A DNA stretch of 64,000 nucleotides, from NCBI GenBank assembly GCA_963749915.1, contig CAVVOP010000022.1:598681-662680 (forward strand). The letters run 5' to 3'. Below are positions 1 to 10,630 of this stretch, piece after piece. Numbering within the stretch: the first letter of the stretch is position 1; each line of letters begins with the position of its first letter. Made by a program: the position numbers and the translations under genes. Origin of the DNA: an uncultured cyanobacterium (GTDB lineage Bacteria; Cyanobacteriota; Cyanobacteriia; Cyanobacteriales; Cyanobacteriaceae). Below the pieces are notes generated by a model that ran no database searches, was not told where the DNA came from, and saw nothing but the letters and a program-made list of their open reading frames with translations.

Positions 1-75
1 TATACCCAACTCACATTAGTTTGCGGTAGATTTTGAATTATAATTAGGATTGGGAACTAAATTGGGTCAAATTTC

Positions 76-2256
76 ATGGATGCAGAGAAGTTAAAAAAGT
101 TAGAAGAAAAACTTTATAATGAAACCCCTTTAATTGGCGATCGCATTAGACAACAAGCGGCCAAAGAATTAATCCAAGAAAGAAATCCCCAAACTATCGA
201 ATTGATAGCTAATGCCTTTGTTTTTACTAAGGACAAAAACTTGCAAAACTTAGTTTTAAGTGCATTACGGAACATCAAAATACAGGACAAAGAATTGGTT
301 GATGTAGTGTGCCAAGTGTGGGCTGAAAGTAGAGATTCAGAATTAGGCAAAATCTTAAAATTAAAAGGGTGGGTAGCCTCAAAACCCTTAGAATTAAGAC
401 TTTTAACTGCTTTAAATCTGGGGTGGCAAGGAGTTATCGAAGAGAATAGTACTATAATTGTTGCCCCTTTGTTATCTTTGTTCCATGATCAAGATGCGTT
501 TATTCGACAAACTGCTAAAGAATGGTCAGCCTCTTTTACATTTCCTGAGTTACAAGAAGAAGTGTGTCGCCTTGCCAGTGAAGAAAATAATCAGGATGCC
601 TTAGAAGTAGCTACCCGTTGCGGTTATACCCCTACTGAACCATCCCAAGCCGCTTTATTCTTTTATTTTACGCAGTTGTGGGATAAATACCAAGAAGTTG
701 ATCCTGAATACAGATTACTAGAGGAAACTTATTATAATGCTCCAGAAGAATTAAAAAACCGCATTGATAATCAGGGCAAAGTTCATAAGCGTTTAGAATG
801 GGTATGGATGCTTTTAGGGGGCAAAGAAGGCAGAAGGGTATCGGAAATTGATTTGCCGCAATGGCATACCATTATTGACTTTTTAGCTAATGGTAAACAT
901 TGGGAGACGATTTGGTCATTAGTTGCTTTTACTCCTGTCGTTTTCGCCAAAGTAATTATGAAGCGTCTCGAAAATAATCGTTGGTTGCCCAAAGATCCTA
1001 ATGATAAAATTAGGTTTAATGAGTTTGCCAAAATCGTCAAAAATGTTAAAACTAAAACTCCTCCTCACCGTAAATTAGTTCGCTGTATTCATACTTTAGA
1101 AGGACATACTCAAAGTATAGAGGCCATCGCTGTTACTCCTGATGGTAAAACAGTAATTAGTGTGGGGGATAATATTATTCGCCTTTGGGATGTCAGTGAA
1201 GGACAATTGGTTAAGACCCTAAAAGGGCATTTAAAAGGTGTCACTAGCATCTGTTTAAGTAAAAACGGTGCAACCTTAGCCAGTGGTAGCCGCGACAAAA
1301 CCATTTCTATATGGCGCTTACCCGACGGGAATTTGTTGGGGAATTTATCGGCAAATGTTGCTTCAGTATGGTCATTGGCCATGACAGAGGATGCTAAAAT
1401 GCTCGCTAGTGCTAGTTATCGAGAAATTCGTTTATGGCAATATCCCCCCGGAAAATTATACAAAAATTTGAGAGGACATCAACGGGAAGTCGAAAAAGTA
1501 ATTATCAGTGACGATGGTAGTTTATTAATCTCTGCCGGTGGTAAGAATGACAATACTGTCCGAGTTTATTCATTACCCAGTGGAGATCATAAATATACTT
1601 TAACCGGTCATGAGGACGGCATTTGGGATTTAGCTATTAGTCCTGATAACCAAATTCTGGCAACGGCTAGTCAGGATCACACCGTAAAATTATGGTCATT
1701 GTCCGATGGCACAGAAATTGGGACATTAAAGGGTCATCAGGGTAAAATCTGGTGTTTAGGTATAACCCCCGATGGACAAACTTTAGTAACTGGTAGTGAA
1801 GATCACACCGTGAAATTATGGTCATTATCCACCGGTAAATTAAATAAAACTTTGGCAGGTCATGAAGGGGCGATATTCTGTTTAAATATTAGTAACGATG
1901 GTGAATTATTAGCCACAGGAAGCACGGATAATACTGTCAGACTTTGGAATCTAGATACAGGGGATAATATGGGGGTTTTAACAGGACATCAAGACCAGAT
2001 TACGACCTTAAAAATCACCGATGATGGTCGTACTTTAATAACAGGAAGTCGTGATTGCACCTTAAAACTATGGCGTTGGGATTTATCTCGTCTTTGCAAT
2101 ATCCCCGTTTCAATGATTACAAAAGAGGATCAAGAATGGATCGAAAACGCCCTAATCAGCGAGAATATAACCCCAGAGGAACGACACTGGCTGATTTTGA
2201 TGCAAAAAGTCATAATGAACAAACAATTAATAGTACCATCTAGCTTGTCTTATTAA
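76..2256 (+). CDS. WD40-repeat protein with N-terminal helical (HEAT-like) region
   Basis: About 8 GH...W(D/S/N) repeats in the C-terminal half (e.g. LEGHTQSIEAIAVTPDG...IRLWD, LAGHEGAIFCLNISNDG...VRLWN). Confidence 0.9.
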   Translation: MDAEKLKKLEEKLYNETPLIGDRIRQQAAKELIQERNPQTIELIANAFVFTKDKNLQNLVLSALRNIKIQDKELVDVVCQVWAESRDSELGKILKLKGWVASKPLELRLLTALNLGWQGVIEENSTIIVAPLLSLFHDQDAFIRQTAKEWSASFTFPELQEEVCRLASEENNQDALEVATRCGYTPTEPSQAALFFYFTQLWDKYQEVDPEYRLLEETYYNAPEELKNRIDNQGKVHKRLEWVWMLLGGKEGRRVSEIDLPQWHTIIDFLANGKHWETIWSLVAFTPVVFAKVIMKRLENNRWLPKDPNDKIRFNEFAKIVKNVKTKTPPHRKLVRCIHTLEGHTQSIEAIAVTPDGKTVISVGDNIIRLWDVSEGQLVKTLKGHLKGVTSICLSKNGATLASGSRDKTISIWRLPDGNLLGNLSANVASVWSLAMTEDAKMLASASYREIRLWQYPPGKLYKNLRGHQREVEKVIISDDGSLLISAGGKNDNTVRVYSLPSGDHKYTLTGHEDGIWDLAISPDNQILATASQDHTVKLWSLSDGTEIGTLKGHQGKIWCLGITPDGQTLVTGSEDHTVKLWSLSTGKLNKTLAGHEGAIFCLNISNDGELLATGSTDNTVRLWNLDTGDNMGVLTGHQDQITTLKITDDGRTLITGSRDCTLKLWRWDLSRLCNIPVSMITKEDQEWIENALISENITPEERHWLILMQKVIMNKQLIVPSSLSY
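137..144. repeat. HIP1 octamer GCGATCGC (representative copy; recurs throughout the window)
   Basis: Palindrome seen many times in AT-rich DNA, e.g. also 60446, 60625, 60803, 61764, 63013; hallmark of many cyanobacteria. Confidence 0.9.
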
Positions 2257-2819
2257 TAATTAACTTCTAATTCAAAATCTGGTAAAACATCCTCTCCTGA
2301 CAATAAACAAGGCATTTTCAATGGTTGGACTGGTTTTTCAGGTTGATAAATTTCTACTTCTCGATCTTGGGGATTAATTAACCAACCTAACCGTAACCCA
2401 CAGTTTAAATATTCTTGCATTTTTGCTTGTAGTAGCTTTAATCTATCACTTTGAGAACGTAATTCAATGACAAAATCAGGGCAAATAGGCGGAAATTGCC
2501 GTTTTTCTTCCTCTGTTAAACTATTCCATCTTTCTGTCGTAACCCAAGCTACATCAGGAGATCGATCGCCTCCATGTGGTAATTTAAAAACAGTAGATGA
2601 ACTAAAAACAAATCCCAACCTACTTTTGTCATTCCAGACACTAACTTTAAAAATTAAATTAGCTTCTCGATTGCCACTTTCTCCACCTACTGGCGACATA
2701 ATAATTAATTCTCCTTGAGCACTTCTTTCCATTGGTATATCGGGGTTACCAAGGCATAGTTGATAAAATCTCTCACTGGTTAACTTTGTCAGAGATTCCA
2801 TATTAATTACTGTAATCAT
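2253..2819 (-). CDS. Uma2 family (DUF820) putative restriction-endonuclease-fold protein
   Basis: GELIIMSP, RSPDVAWV, PDFVIELRS, KMQEYL..G.RLGWLINP, LSGEDVLPDF motifs. Confidence 0.92.
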   Translation of the reverse strand: MITVINMESLTKLTSERFYQLCLGNPDIPMERSAQGELIIMSPVGGESGNREANLIFKVSVWNDKSRLGFVFSSSTVFKLPHGGDRSPDVAWVTTERWNSLTEEEKRQFPPICPDFVIELRSQSDRLKLLQAKMQEYLNCGLRLGWLINPQDREVEIYQPEKPVQPLKMPCLLSGEDVLPDFELEVNY

Positions 2820-2860
2820 AAAGGATGTATAGTTTGTTTTGCTAACGACAACGACTAAAA

Positions 2861-3778
2861 TTATTGATCTAGATTATCGGTTTCGATAATTGAACCAATA
2901 CCCTGTAAGGTAGAGAGAATTGAGTTAGGATTCATAAACATAACTTTGCTACTGTTGCTACTACCAATAATTTTACCCGTGTCTAAATACTGTTGAGTTA
3001 AGAGAAATTGTAAGGCTTTTTGCGATCCCTCATCGCTGTTAAGTTGCTTCATGATAATTGCCAAAGATTGTGCGGTGGCCTCCGCTTGAAGAAGTTGCTG
3101 TTGTTTTTTGGCTTCGGCTTCCAAAATGGCCGCCTTTTTCGTTGACTCTGCTTCTAACAGTTGCGCTTCAGCCCTACCTTTAGCAGAGTTAACCGCCGAA
3201 TCTCTCTCTCCTTCAGAATTTAAAATTATCGCCCGTTTTTTTCTTTCTGCAGTCATTTGTTGTTCCATAGACTGTTGTACTGCGGTGGAAGGAGTAATAT
3301 CTTTTAATTCTACCCTTAGCACTTTTACTCCCCAAGGATCTGTAGCCGTATCTAATTCTCTAAGTAATATATTGTTGATTTCGGTTCGTGCCACGAAAGT
3401 CTCATCTAATTCTAACTTGCCAATTTCTGAGCGAATTTGAGTTAAAACTAAGTTTTCCATGCCCAATTGTAGATTTTCAATCTTATAATAGGCTTTCTCC
3501 ATATCTACAATACGCCAATAAACTACAGCATCAACGCTAATGGCAACGTTATCTTTAGTGATGCAGGATTGAGGAGGAACATCTAAAATTTTGTCTCTGA
3601 TAGTGTCTTTATAAACAACTTTATCGAGGAAAGGCACGACAAAATTTAATCCTGGAGAAAGTTTTTTATTGTAACTACCAAGACGTTCTACGAGATACTC
3701 ATTTTTTTCGTTAACGATTTTTACACTACCAAATAATGCTGAACCGCCTAAAATCACTAAGACTAGTAACTGTTCCAT
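2861..3778 (-). CDS. SPFH/band 7 (stomatin-like) protein
   Basis: N-terminal TM, VERLG, ITKDNV.I.VDAVVY, PWGVKV.RVE, coiled-coil tail; downstream of nfeD. Confidence 0.92.
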   Translation of the reverse strand: MEQLLVLVILGGSALFGSVKIVNEKNEYLVERLGSYNKKLSPGLNFVVPFLDKVVYKDTIRDKILDVPPQSCITKDNVAISVDAVVYWRIVDMEKAYYKIENLQLGMENLVLTQIRSEIGKLELDETFVARTEINNILLRELDTATDPWGVKVLRVELKDITPSTAVQQSMEQQMTAERKKRAIILNSEGERDSAVNSAKGRAEAQLLEAESTKKAAILEAEAKKQQQLLQAEATAQSLAIIMKQLNSDEGSQKALQFLLTQQYLDTGKIIGSSNSSKVMFMNPNSILSTLQGIGSIIETDNLDQ

Positions 3779-3788
3779 AATTTTTCAC

Positions 3789-4238
3789 CTAAAAACTTGA
3801 ACTTTTTAAAAATCTTGTGGGTAAAACAGATAAAGTGTTACCGTTTCTACTGACAATATAAACCTTTTCATCGGGAAGAATCTTTATATTTTCGTCGGCA
3901 CAAGTAGCACTCCATGAATTGCCTTCATACATAACTTGACCGGTTTTTCCTGGTTCAATGACGGTAATAGTCACCCCTTCTTGTGCTTCCTCTAAAATAG
4001 GGTCTTTTCTTTTGGGCATAATAAACTTTTTCGTAAGAAGGATTAGGGCTACGGAAATAACCATCCAGAAAATTATTAAAATGTTATTGTCGGGAATTAT
4101 TAGGGCTAAACCGGCTACAATAATAGCACTCACTCCCATGGCAAACTCAACAAAAGCCGTAGGAAAAATAAGTTCTAAAACACATAAAGTACAGCCAATT
4201 ATGAGCCAAAAAAGTACGGGAGAAAACATAAAGCTCAT
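3789..4238 (-). CDS. NfeD family membrane protein (short form)
   Basis: Three hydrophobic helices plus OB-fold tail (G.V.YEG.SW.A); classic partner of an SPFH gene. Confidence 0.88.
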   Translation of the reverse strand: MSFMFSPVLFWLIIGCTLCVLELIFPTAFVEFAMGVSAIIVAGLALIIPDNNILIIFWMVISVALILLTKKFIMPKRKDPILEEAQEGVTITVIEPGKTGQVMYEGNSWSATCADENIKILPDEKVYIVSRNGNTLSVLPTRFLKSSSF

Positions 4239-4365
4239 TACTATTTATCTATTCTCCTAATATAATCAGATTCTTTGGCTATTGACCATTGTTAGAGTGT
4301 ATTTCTTCATAATTAGGAGTTCAGGTTTTAGATTCCCTTGTCTTTCTCCCAAACCCAGACTCAAC

Positions 4366-5220
4366 TTATTTAGTGAAAATTCCCTGAGGGCGAATTAATA
4401 ATATGCCGATCATAATAATTAACGCCACTCCCAATTTATATTCAGATCCGAAGAATGGTACACTTAGTTCCTGGGCAACGCCAATAATTAACCCCCCGGC
4501 GATCGCACCATAGGGATTACCTATGCCTCCCAAAATTACTGCCGCAAACATAGGTAGTATTAAAAACCATCCCATATTGGGGCGTACTGCGGTCATTAAA
4601 CCGTATAAACCTCCCCCCATGGCCGTTAATATCGCGGTAATGATCCAAGTAAATAAAACTACTTGCTCAACATTAATACCTGAAACCCTGGCTAAATCAA
4701 TATTGTCCGCCACCGCACGCATGGCTTTCCCGATTTTGGTATTTTTTAAAATAAGATGAAGTGCCACGATGGCTAGAATAGTTAAAGCAATGACAATAAC
4801 TCGATAGTAAGCAATTTTTATGCCGCCAATATCAATTGCTTCTAAGATAGGTAAATCATAATTTTGGTTACTACCACCCCAAATAAAAAGAATGCCGTTG
4901 CGCAAAAATAATGCCAAACCGATGGAAAGAATAACCAGAGAAGTACTATTCGCCCGTCTATCTCGCATGGGTTTCCATAACAATTGCTCACAGATTAATG
5001 CTAAAAGTACTGTGCCCATGGCACCGACAATCATAGACAACCAAATATTGACACCACTATCATTAACTAACCATGTTAGATAAGCACCCACCGTTAAAAA
5101 ATCACCGTGGGCAAAATTTGATAGTCTCAAAATTCCCAGAGTGAGAGTTAAACCTACGGCCGCTAAAGCAATAACACTACCCACCGCCACACCATTAAAA
5201 AGTGATTGTATTGTTTCCAT
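4366..5220 (-). CDS. natD: Neutral/branched-chain amino acid ABC transporter permease (LivH/NatD-like)
   Basis: ALAAVGLTL..GI.RL.NFAHG, GKAMRAVADN.DLA..SGIN, GGIGNPYGA. Confidence 0.85.
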   Translation of the reverse strand: METIQSLFNGVAVGSVIALAAVGLTLTLGILRLSNFAHGDFLTVGAYLTWLVNDSGVNIWLSMIVGAMGTVLLALICEQLLWKPMRDRRANSTSLVILSIGLALFLRNGILFIWGGSNQNYDLPILEAIDIGGIKIAYYRVIVIALTILAIVALHLILKNTKIGKAMRAVADNIDLARVSGINVEQVVLFTWIITAILTAMGGGLYGLMTAVRPNMGWFLILPMFAAVILGGIGNPYGAIAGGLIIGVAQELSVPFFGSEYKLGVALIIMIGILLIRPQGIFTK

Positions 5221-5421
5221 TAATCAAACTTGTTAATTTTTTTTAATATTAAGATTAAATAACCAGTAATCAAAGCATTTAATTGAGAATCCTTGACAAA
5301 AAATCATGCAGATTCGCAATCACCAATTATAATGTTCACTATGAAGAAAAAATATTATTTACACAATCAACCGCTTTTATTAAACCATTTGATCGCATAT
5401 TGGAGAAGTTAATCAAAACCT

Positions 5422-5961
5422 GTGACCTATAGCAACAACAAAAGAACCAGTCAAAGAGATCTACCAAAAATCAATAATAATATTCGTTTTCCTCAAGTGC
5501 GGGTAATTGGCACCGAAGGAGAACAATTGGGCATCCTTGACACCAGAGACGCAAATCGGATGGCTGAGGAACAAGAATTAGACTTAGTATTGGTCAGTGA
5601 AACTTCTGATCCTCCTGTTTGTCGTATCATGGATTACGGCAAGTTTAAATTTGAACAGGAAAAAAAAGCTAGGGCAATTCGCAAAAAGCAACATACGGCG
5701 GATATAAAAGAAGTTAAAATGCGTTACAAAATTGATGAGCATGATTATCAAGTGCGTGTCAGTCAAGCAAAACGTTTTCTTAATGCTGGGGATAAAGTTA
5801 AAGCCACTATTAACTTTAGAGGCCGAGAAGCACAACACGTTCATTTGGGACAAGAATTACTGGAACGCATGGCTCAAGATTTGGCAGAGATGGCAGAAAT
5901 CCAACAAAAACCAAAAAAAGAAGGCCGTAATATGATTATGTTTCTCTCCCCTAAAAAATAG
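5422..5961 (+). CDS. infC: Translation initiation factor IF-3
   Basis: [41 protein letters not shown] start. Confidence 0.97.
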   Translation: MTYSNNKRTSQRDLPKINNNIRFPQVRVIGTEGEQLGILDTRDANRMAEEQELDLVLVSETSDPPVCRIMDYGKFKFEQEKKARAIRKKQHTADIKEVKMRYKIDEHDYQVRVSQAKRFLNAGDKVKATINFRGREAQHVHLGQELLERMAQDLAEMAEIQQKPKKEGRNMIMFLSPKK

Positions 5962-5976
5962 AATGGGGGGACAGGT

Positions 5977-6006
5977 GTTGGGGGCTGGAGATTATTCAGC
6001 CTCTAC
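5977..6006 (-). repeat. GTAG-type REP-like palindrome downstream of infC
   Basis: Minus strand GTAG-AGGCTG-aataatctc-CAGCCC; imperfect stem. Confidence 0.4.
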
Positions 6007-6023
6007 GGGGGGAGACTAGTGGA

Positions 6024-6058
6024 AGAATGCAGAATTAAGAATGCAGAATGCAGAATGA
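6024..6058. repeat. Heptamer STRR (AGAATGC)n
   Basis: agaatgc agaatta agaatgc agaatgc agaatga. Confidence 0.75.
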
Positions 6059-6184
6059 AAAATCTTTAATTTCCAAGGCTTAAAAATTAGAAACTCTCGT
6101 TTTATTTCCGCACTCTATCACTAGAACACTAGAAGAAAATTAATTAATTGTCTATTATCCATTATCCATTAACTATTAACCATT

Positions 6185-7426
6185 ATGTCTGATTGGCAAG
6201 TAATTGAAGGGGGTATCACCGCCCCTAAGGGCTTTAAATCTTCAGGAATTACCGCAGGATTAAAACCCTCCAAAGCACCAGATTTATCCTTAATTTACTC
6301 AGAAACCGATGCGATCGCCGCCGGGGTTTTTACCACTTCCGAAGTTCGTGCCGCTTGTGTAGATTATTGTCGCCAAAAATTACAAAAAAAGTCTAGTGCC
6401 AGAGCCATTATCTGTAATGCTGGTCAGGCCAATGCTGCCACTGGAGAACAAGGTTTGCAAGATGCTTTAGATACGGCTTCGGTTTTAGCTAAAGAATTAA
6501 ATATCGATGCAGACTCCATTTTATTAGCCTCTACCGGGGTAATTGGACAACGCATCAAAATGGATATATTGATAAATGCCATACCTCAATTGGTGGCGGA
6601 ATTATCGGAAAATGGTGGGGAGGCAACGGCAAAAGCCATTATTACCACTGACTTAGTTACCAAATCCATCGCCCTTGAAACTATGATAGATGATCGCCCA
6701 GTGCGCATTGGCGGTATTTCTAAAGGTTCGGGGATGATTCACCCTAATATGGCTACTATGCTTGGTTTTATTACCTGTGATGCGGCGGTTTCTACTCAAC
6801 TATGGCAACAAATGTTAAAACGGGCGACGGATAAGAGTTTTAATCAAATTACCGTTGACGGCGACACCAGCACTAATGATAGTTTAATCGCTCTTGCCAA
6901 TGGGCAATCTCGCACCCCTGCTATTACTAGGTTAGACGAAAATGGGCAAAAATTAGAGGCGATGCTTACGGAAGTATGTCAACATTTAGCGAAGGCGATC
7001 GCCCGTGATGGTGAGGGTGCAACTTGTTTAATCGAAGTAGAGGTGCAAGGCGCTAACGATGAAGCCTCCGCCCGTCAAATAGCTAAAACCATTGTGGGAT
7101 CATCCCTCGTGAAATCGGCCATTTTTGGACGAGATCCTAATTGGGGCAGAATTGCCGCCGCCGCAGGTCGAGCGGGAGTAGCATTTAACCAAAATGATTT
7201 AATGATTAAACTTGGTGACTTTTTGTTAATGGAAAGAGGACAACCTCAAGCTTTCGATCGCCAAGGTGCAAGTAATTATCTTAAACAAGCCGCCGCTGGG
7301 GAATATTTAAAAACAGACACTGTCACGATTTCTGTGACTGTGGGTAACGGTTCGGGAGTTGGAAAGGCTTGGGGCTGTGATTTGAGCTACGATTACGTCA
7401 AGATTAACGCTGAATATACAACTTAA
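6185..7426 (+). CDS. argJ: Bifunctional glutamate N-acetyltransferase/ornithine acetyltransferase
   Basis: ASTGVIG, KGSGMIHPNMATML, VDGDTSTND, DPNWGRI, YVKINAEYTT. Confidence 0.97.
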   Translation: MSDWQVIEGGITAPKGFKSSGITAGLKPSKAPDLSLIYSETDAIAAGVFTTSEVRAACVDYCRQKLQKKSSARAIICNAGQANAATGEQGLQDALDTASVLAKELNIDADSILLASTGVIGQRIKMDILINAIPQLVAELSENGGEATAKAIITTDLVTKSIALETMIDDRPVRIGGISKGSGMIHPNMATMLGFITCDAAVSTQLWQQMLKRATDKSFNQITVDGDTSTNDSLIALANGQSRTPAITRLDENGQKLEAMLTEVCQHLAKAIARDGEGATCLIEVEVQGANDEASARQIAKTIVGSSLVKSAIFGRDPNWGRIAAAAGRAGVAFNQNDLMIKLGDFLLMERGQPQAFDRQGASNYLKQAAAGEYLKTDTVTISVTVGNGSGVGKAWGCDLSYDYVKINAEYTT

Positions 7427-7439
7427 CAATGAACAATAA

Positions 7440-7994
7440 ATGGAGAATATTTTAAGAGGTTTAAACGTTTATTTGATAGGTATGATGGGTTCAGGTAAAA
7501 CTACTGTAGGCAAGTTATTAGCAGAAAAATTACATTATCGTTTCTTAGATACCGATTCCATCATCGAAAAAGTCAGCCAAAAAACCATTAATCAAATTTT
7601 TGCCGAAGAAGGAGAAGCGAGTTTCCGTCAATTAGAAAGTGATGTTTTAAAGGAAGTTTCTGCTTATATTCGCACCGTTATCGCCACGGGGGGGGGTATT
7701 ATTCTCCTTCAGAATAATTGGAGTCACTTGCGTGATGGTATAGTTATTTGGTTAGATTTACCTGTAAATGTATTAGTCAAAAGATTGGCCGGTGATAACA
7801 CTCGCCCATTATTACATCAAGAAGAGTTAACCGCAAAATTAACAGATTTACTACAACAAAGACAGTCATTGTATCAACAAGCTGATATTACCCTTCCTCT
7901 CAGCGATAAAGATACCCCTGAAGATATTGTCAACAAATTACTTAGGGAAATTCCCCTTCACGTCAAGCCAGAGTTTAACCCAGATTTAAATTAA
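7440..7994 (+). CDS. aroK: Shikimate kinase
   Basis: GMMGSGKTTVG P-loop, GE..FR..E, ATGGG, RPLL. Confidence 0.95.
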   Translation: MENILRGLNVYLIGMMGSGKTTVGKLLAEKLHYRFLDTDSIIEKVSQKTINQIFAEEGEASFRQLESDVLKEVSAYIRTVIATGGGIILLQNNWSHLRDGIVIWLDLPVNVLVKRLAGDNTRPLLHQEELTAKLTDLLQQRQSLYQQADITLPLSDKDTPEDIVNKLLREIPLHVKPEFNPDLN

Positions 7995-8038
7995 AAATTA
8001 ACAACTAATTTATCATAACTACTGTAGAAGAACCACAA

Positions 8039-10306
8039 TTATAATCGATTTTCGATGGCATTTGACCAAGTATTAGTTATAGTCTTAACATCTAAATTAA
8101 TCAGATTATTAATACTTAAAACCGTTGATTTTACTTGCCCAATTTGTTGCCAGCTATTGCCTAGTTTTTTTGTTAATAAAGTATTCCATTGGGCCTTATT
8201 TTCGGGCTTAATCGACACAATAATGAAACTCGCTAATTCTCCGAATAAAACATTATCTAAACGAGTATTAATTGCTGGTAAAGTCACTTCACAGCCTAAA
8301 TTACCACTGATGCAGCACTCCGCTAAAGCCACAGAAATCCCTCCTTCCGTGCAATCATGAGCAGATTTAACAAAACCTTGGCGAATACCCTCACGACAAA
8401 CCATTTGTACCTGTTTTTCTAACTTATAATCCAGTTCTGGTGGTTTTCCAGCTACGATATTGTGAATAGTAGCTAAATATTCCGATGCACCTAAATTGGG
8501 GCTAAATTTACCCAAAATATAGATTAAATCGCCTTCTTTTTGCCAACCCTGCCCACAAATTTTGTTGATGTCAGGAATTAACCCCACCATGCCAATAACG
8601 GGGGTTGGGTAAATGGGTTGGGGGTTGCCTTCACTGTCAACGGTTTCGTTATACAAGGAGACATTACCGCCTGTTACGGGGGTGTTAAACTCTCCACAAG
8701 CCTCTGAAATTCCCCGACAAGCGTGGTGTAACTGCCAATAACCGGTGGGTTTTTCAGGGCTACCAAAATTAAGATTATCTGTAACTGCAATAGGTTCAGC
8801 TCCAACACAACTCAAGTTACGGGCGGCCTCAGCTACGGCTAATTTTGCCCCCAAATACGGATCTAAATATACATAACGGGGGTTGCAGTCAGTAGTTGCT
8901 GCTATGGCTGTCTTGGCTAACTCTGGCTTACTGCTAAGAGGGCGCACTCTAATGATTGCCGCATCTGCACCGCCCGGAAGCATTACGGTGTTATTTTGTA
9001 CCTGGTGATCATATTGACGATATATCCACCGTTTCGAGGCAATGGTAGGAGTATCTAACAAATTTAAGAGAATTTGCCCCCAATTTTCACCATTAACGCC
9101 GTTTTTCTCTACTTTTGTTAATTCTGCTTCTGTCCAAAACCCTGCTTTCCTTGCATATTCTGGAGGATTTATCAAGACTTGATGATGATAAATGGGGGTA
9201 TTATCAGCTAAAGCAGTAGATGGCACTTCGGCGGCGATGGTTCCCTGATGTAGTATTCTAACCATAGATTCAGGGATAACCTTACCGGCGACAACGGCAT
9301 GAAGTCCCCACCTTTCAAAGATATCGATCAATTCTTGTTCTCTGCCTTTTTGAGCCACAAAAAGCATTCTTTCTTGAGATTCCGACAGTAGGTACTCGTA
9401 GGGTGTCATGGCTTTTTCCCGTGCCGGAATTTTGTCTAAGTCTAACTCGATGCCAACCGCACCTTTTGCCGCCATTTCTGAGGTTGAGCAAGTAATTCCT
9501 GCCGCTCCCATATCTTGGGCCGCCACGACAGCACCTGTTTTAAAGGCTTCTAAACAGGCTTCTATTAGGGATTTTTCCAAGAAAGGATCCCCCACCTGTA
9601 CTGCAGGGCGGTCATCTATGGATTCATGGGTTAATTCCGCACTGGCAAAACTCGCACCTCCCATGCCATCCCTACCGGTAGTGGAACCAACGTATAATAC
9701 AGGGTTACCAATACCTGATGCCCCTGATTTAACTATGTCATCAGTTTCCATAAGTCCGATCGCCATAGCATTAACAAGGGGATTTCCACTATAAGCGGAG
9801 TTAAAATAAACCTCCCCACCGACAGTGGGTACGCCTACGCAATTACCATAATGTGATATTCCTTCTACAACTCCCTTAAAAATTCTTCGGGTTTGAGGAT
9901 TATCTAAATTTCCAAAGCGCAAAGAGTTTAAAATAGCGATGGGACGTGCCCCCATAGTAAATATATCTCTTAAAATTCCCCCTACTCCTGTGGCGGCACC
10001 CTGGAAGGGTTCGATGGCACTAGGATGATTATGGGATTCTATCTTGAAAGCTACCCTTAAACCGTTGCCAAAATCCACAACTCCGGCATTTTCCCCCGGT
10101 CCTACTAAAATGCGATCGCCTTCGGTGGGAAACTGGGATAGTAAAGGTTTTGAATTTTTATAACAACAATGTTCTGACCACATTACCCCAAACATTCCTA
10201 ACTCTGCCTTGTTGGGATGTCTGCCTAATCTTTTGACGATTTCCTCATACTCTGCGGGTTTAATGCCTTCGGCGGCAATTTCTTGAGGGGTAAAGGGTGC
10301 GGACAT
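8039..10306 (-). CDS. purL: Phosphoribosylformylglycinamidine synthase subunit PurL (small type)
   Basis: [54 protein letters not shown]. Confidence 0.97.
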   Translation of the reverse strand: MSAPFTPQEIAAEGIKPAEYEEIVKRLGRHPNKAELGMFGVMWSEHCCYKNSKPLLSQFPTEGDRILVGPGENAGVVDFGNGLRVAFKIESHNHPSAIEPFQGAATGVGGILRDIFTMGARPIAILNSLRFGNLDNPQTRRIFKGVVEGISHYGNCVGVPTVGGEVYFNSAYSGNPLVNAMAIGLMETDDIVKSGASGIGNPVLYVGSTTGRDGMGGASFASAELTHESIDDRPAVQVGDPFLEKSLIEACLEAFKTGAVVAAQDMGAAGITCSTSEMAAKGAVGIELDLDKIPAREKAMTPYEYLLSESQERMLFVAQKGREQELIDIFERWGLHAVVAGKVIPESMVRILHQGTIAAEVPSTALADNTPIYHHQVLINPPEYARKAGFWTEAELTKVEKNGVNGENWGQILLNLLDTPTIASKRWIYRQYDHQVQNNTVMLPGGADAAIIRVRPLSSKPELAKTAIAATTDCNPRYVYLDPYLGAKLAVAEAARNLSCVGAEPIAVTDNLNFGSPEKPTGYWQLHHACRGISEACGEFNTPVTGGNVSLYNETVDSEGNPQPIYPTPVIGMVGLIPDINKICGQGWQKEGDLIYILGKFSPNLGASEYLATIHNIVAGKPPELDYKLEKQVQMVCREGIRQGFVKSAHDCTEGGISVALAECCISGNLGCEVTLPAINTRLDNVLFGELASFIIVSIKPENKAQWNTLLTKKLGNSWQQIGQVKSTVLSINNLINLDVKTITNTWSNAIENRL

Positions 10307-10630
10307 ATTTTTTCTAGATTAATTGATTTAATAACAATATATCAGCACCATTGGCAATGATCAATAAGTAAGCTCTTGGGCATCTAAATTCTTGGGGAAG
10401 ACGAATGACAAATAATGGGGAAATTGATCAATATCTTTACAAAAACTTGATATACTCTGTGCATTCTGGGACTAAATTTTGAATATACTGGTGAAGATAA
10501 GGAATAATCCCTCGATCAAGGGGCAATAACAATGATAAAAAAACTCTCACCCTCAGAACATCATAACTAAAAAGATGATCTTTGTCGAAAGTTAAATCCC
10601 TACTTTTTGTCGTACTATACTACTAATTTT

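Noticed and set aside
2253..2819. Uma2 gene as a defence system
   Set aside because: Common multicopy cyanobacterial family with no partner genes here
5401..5424. Non-canonical ATT start of infC
   Set aside because: In-frame TAA at 5410-5412 with no ATT before the GTG at 5422
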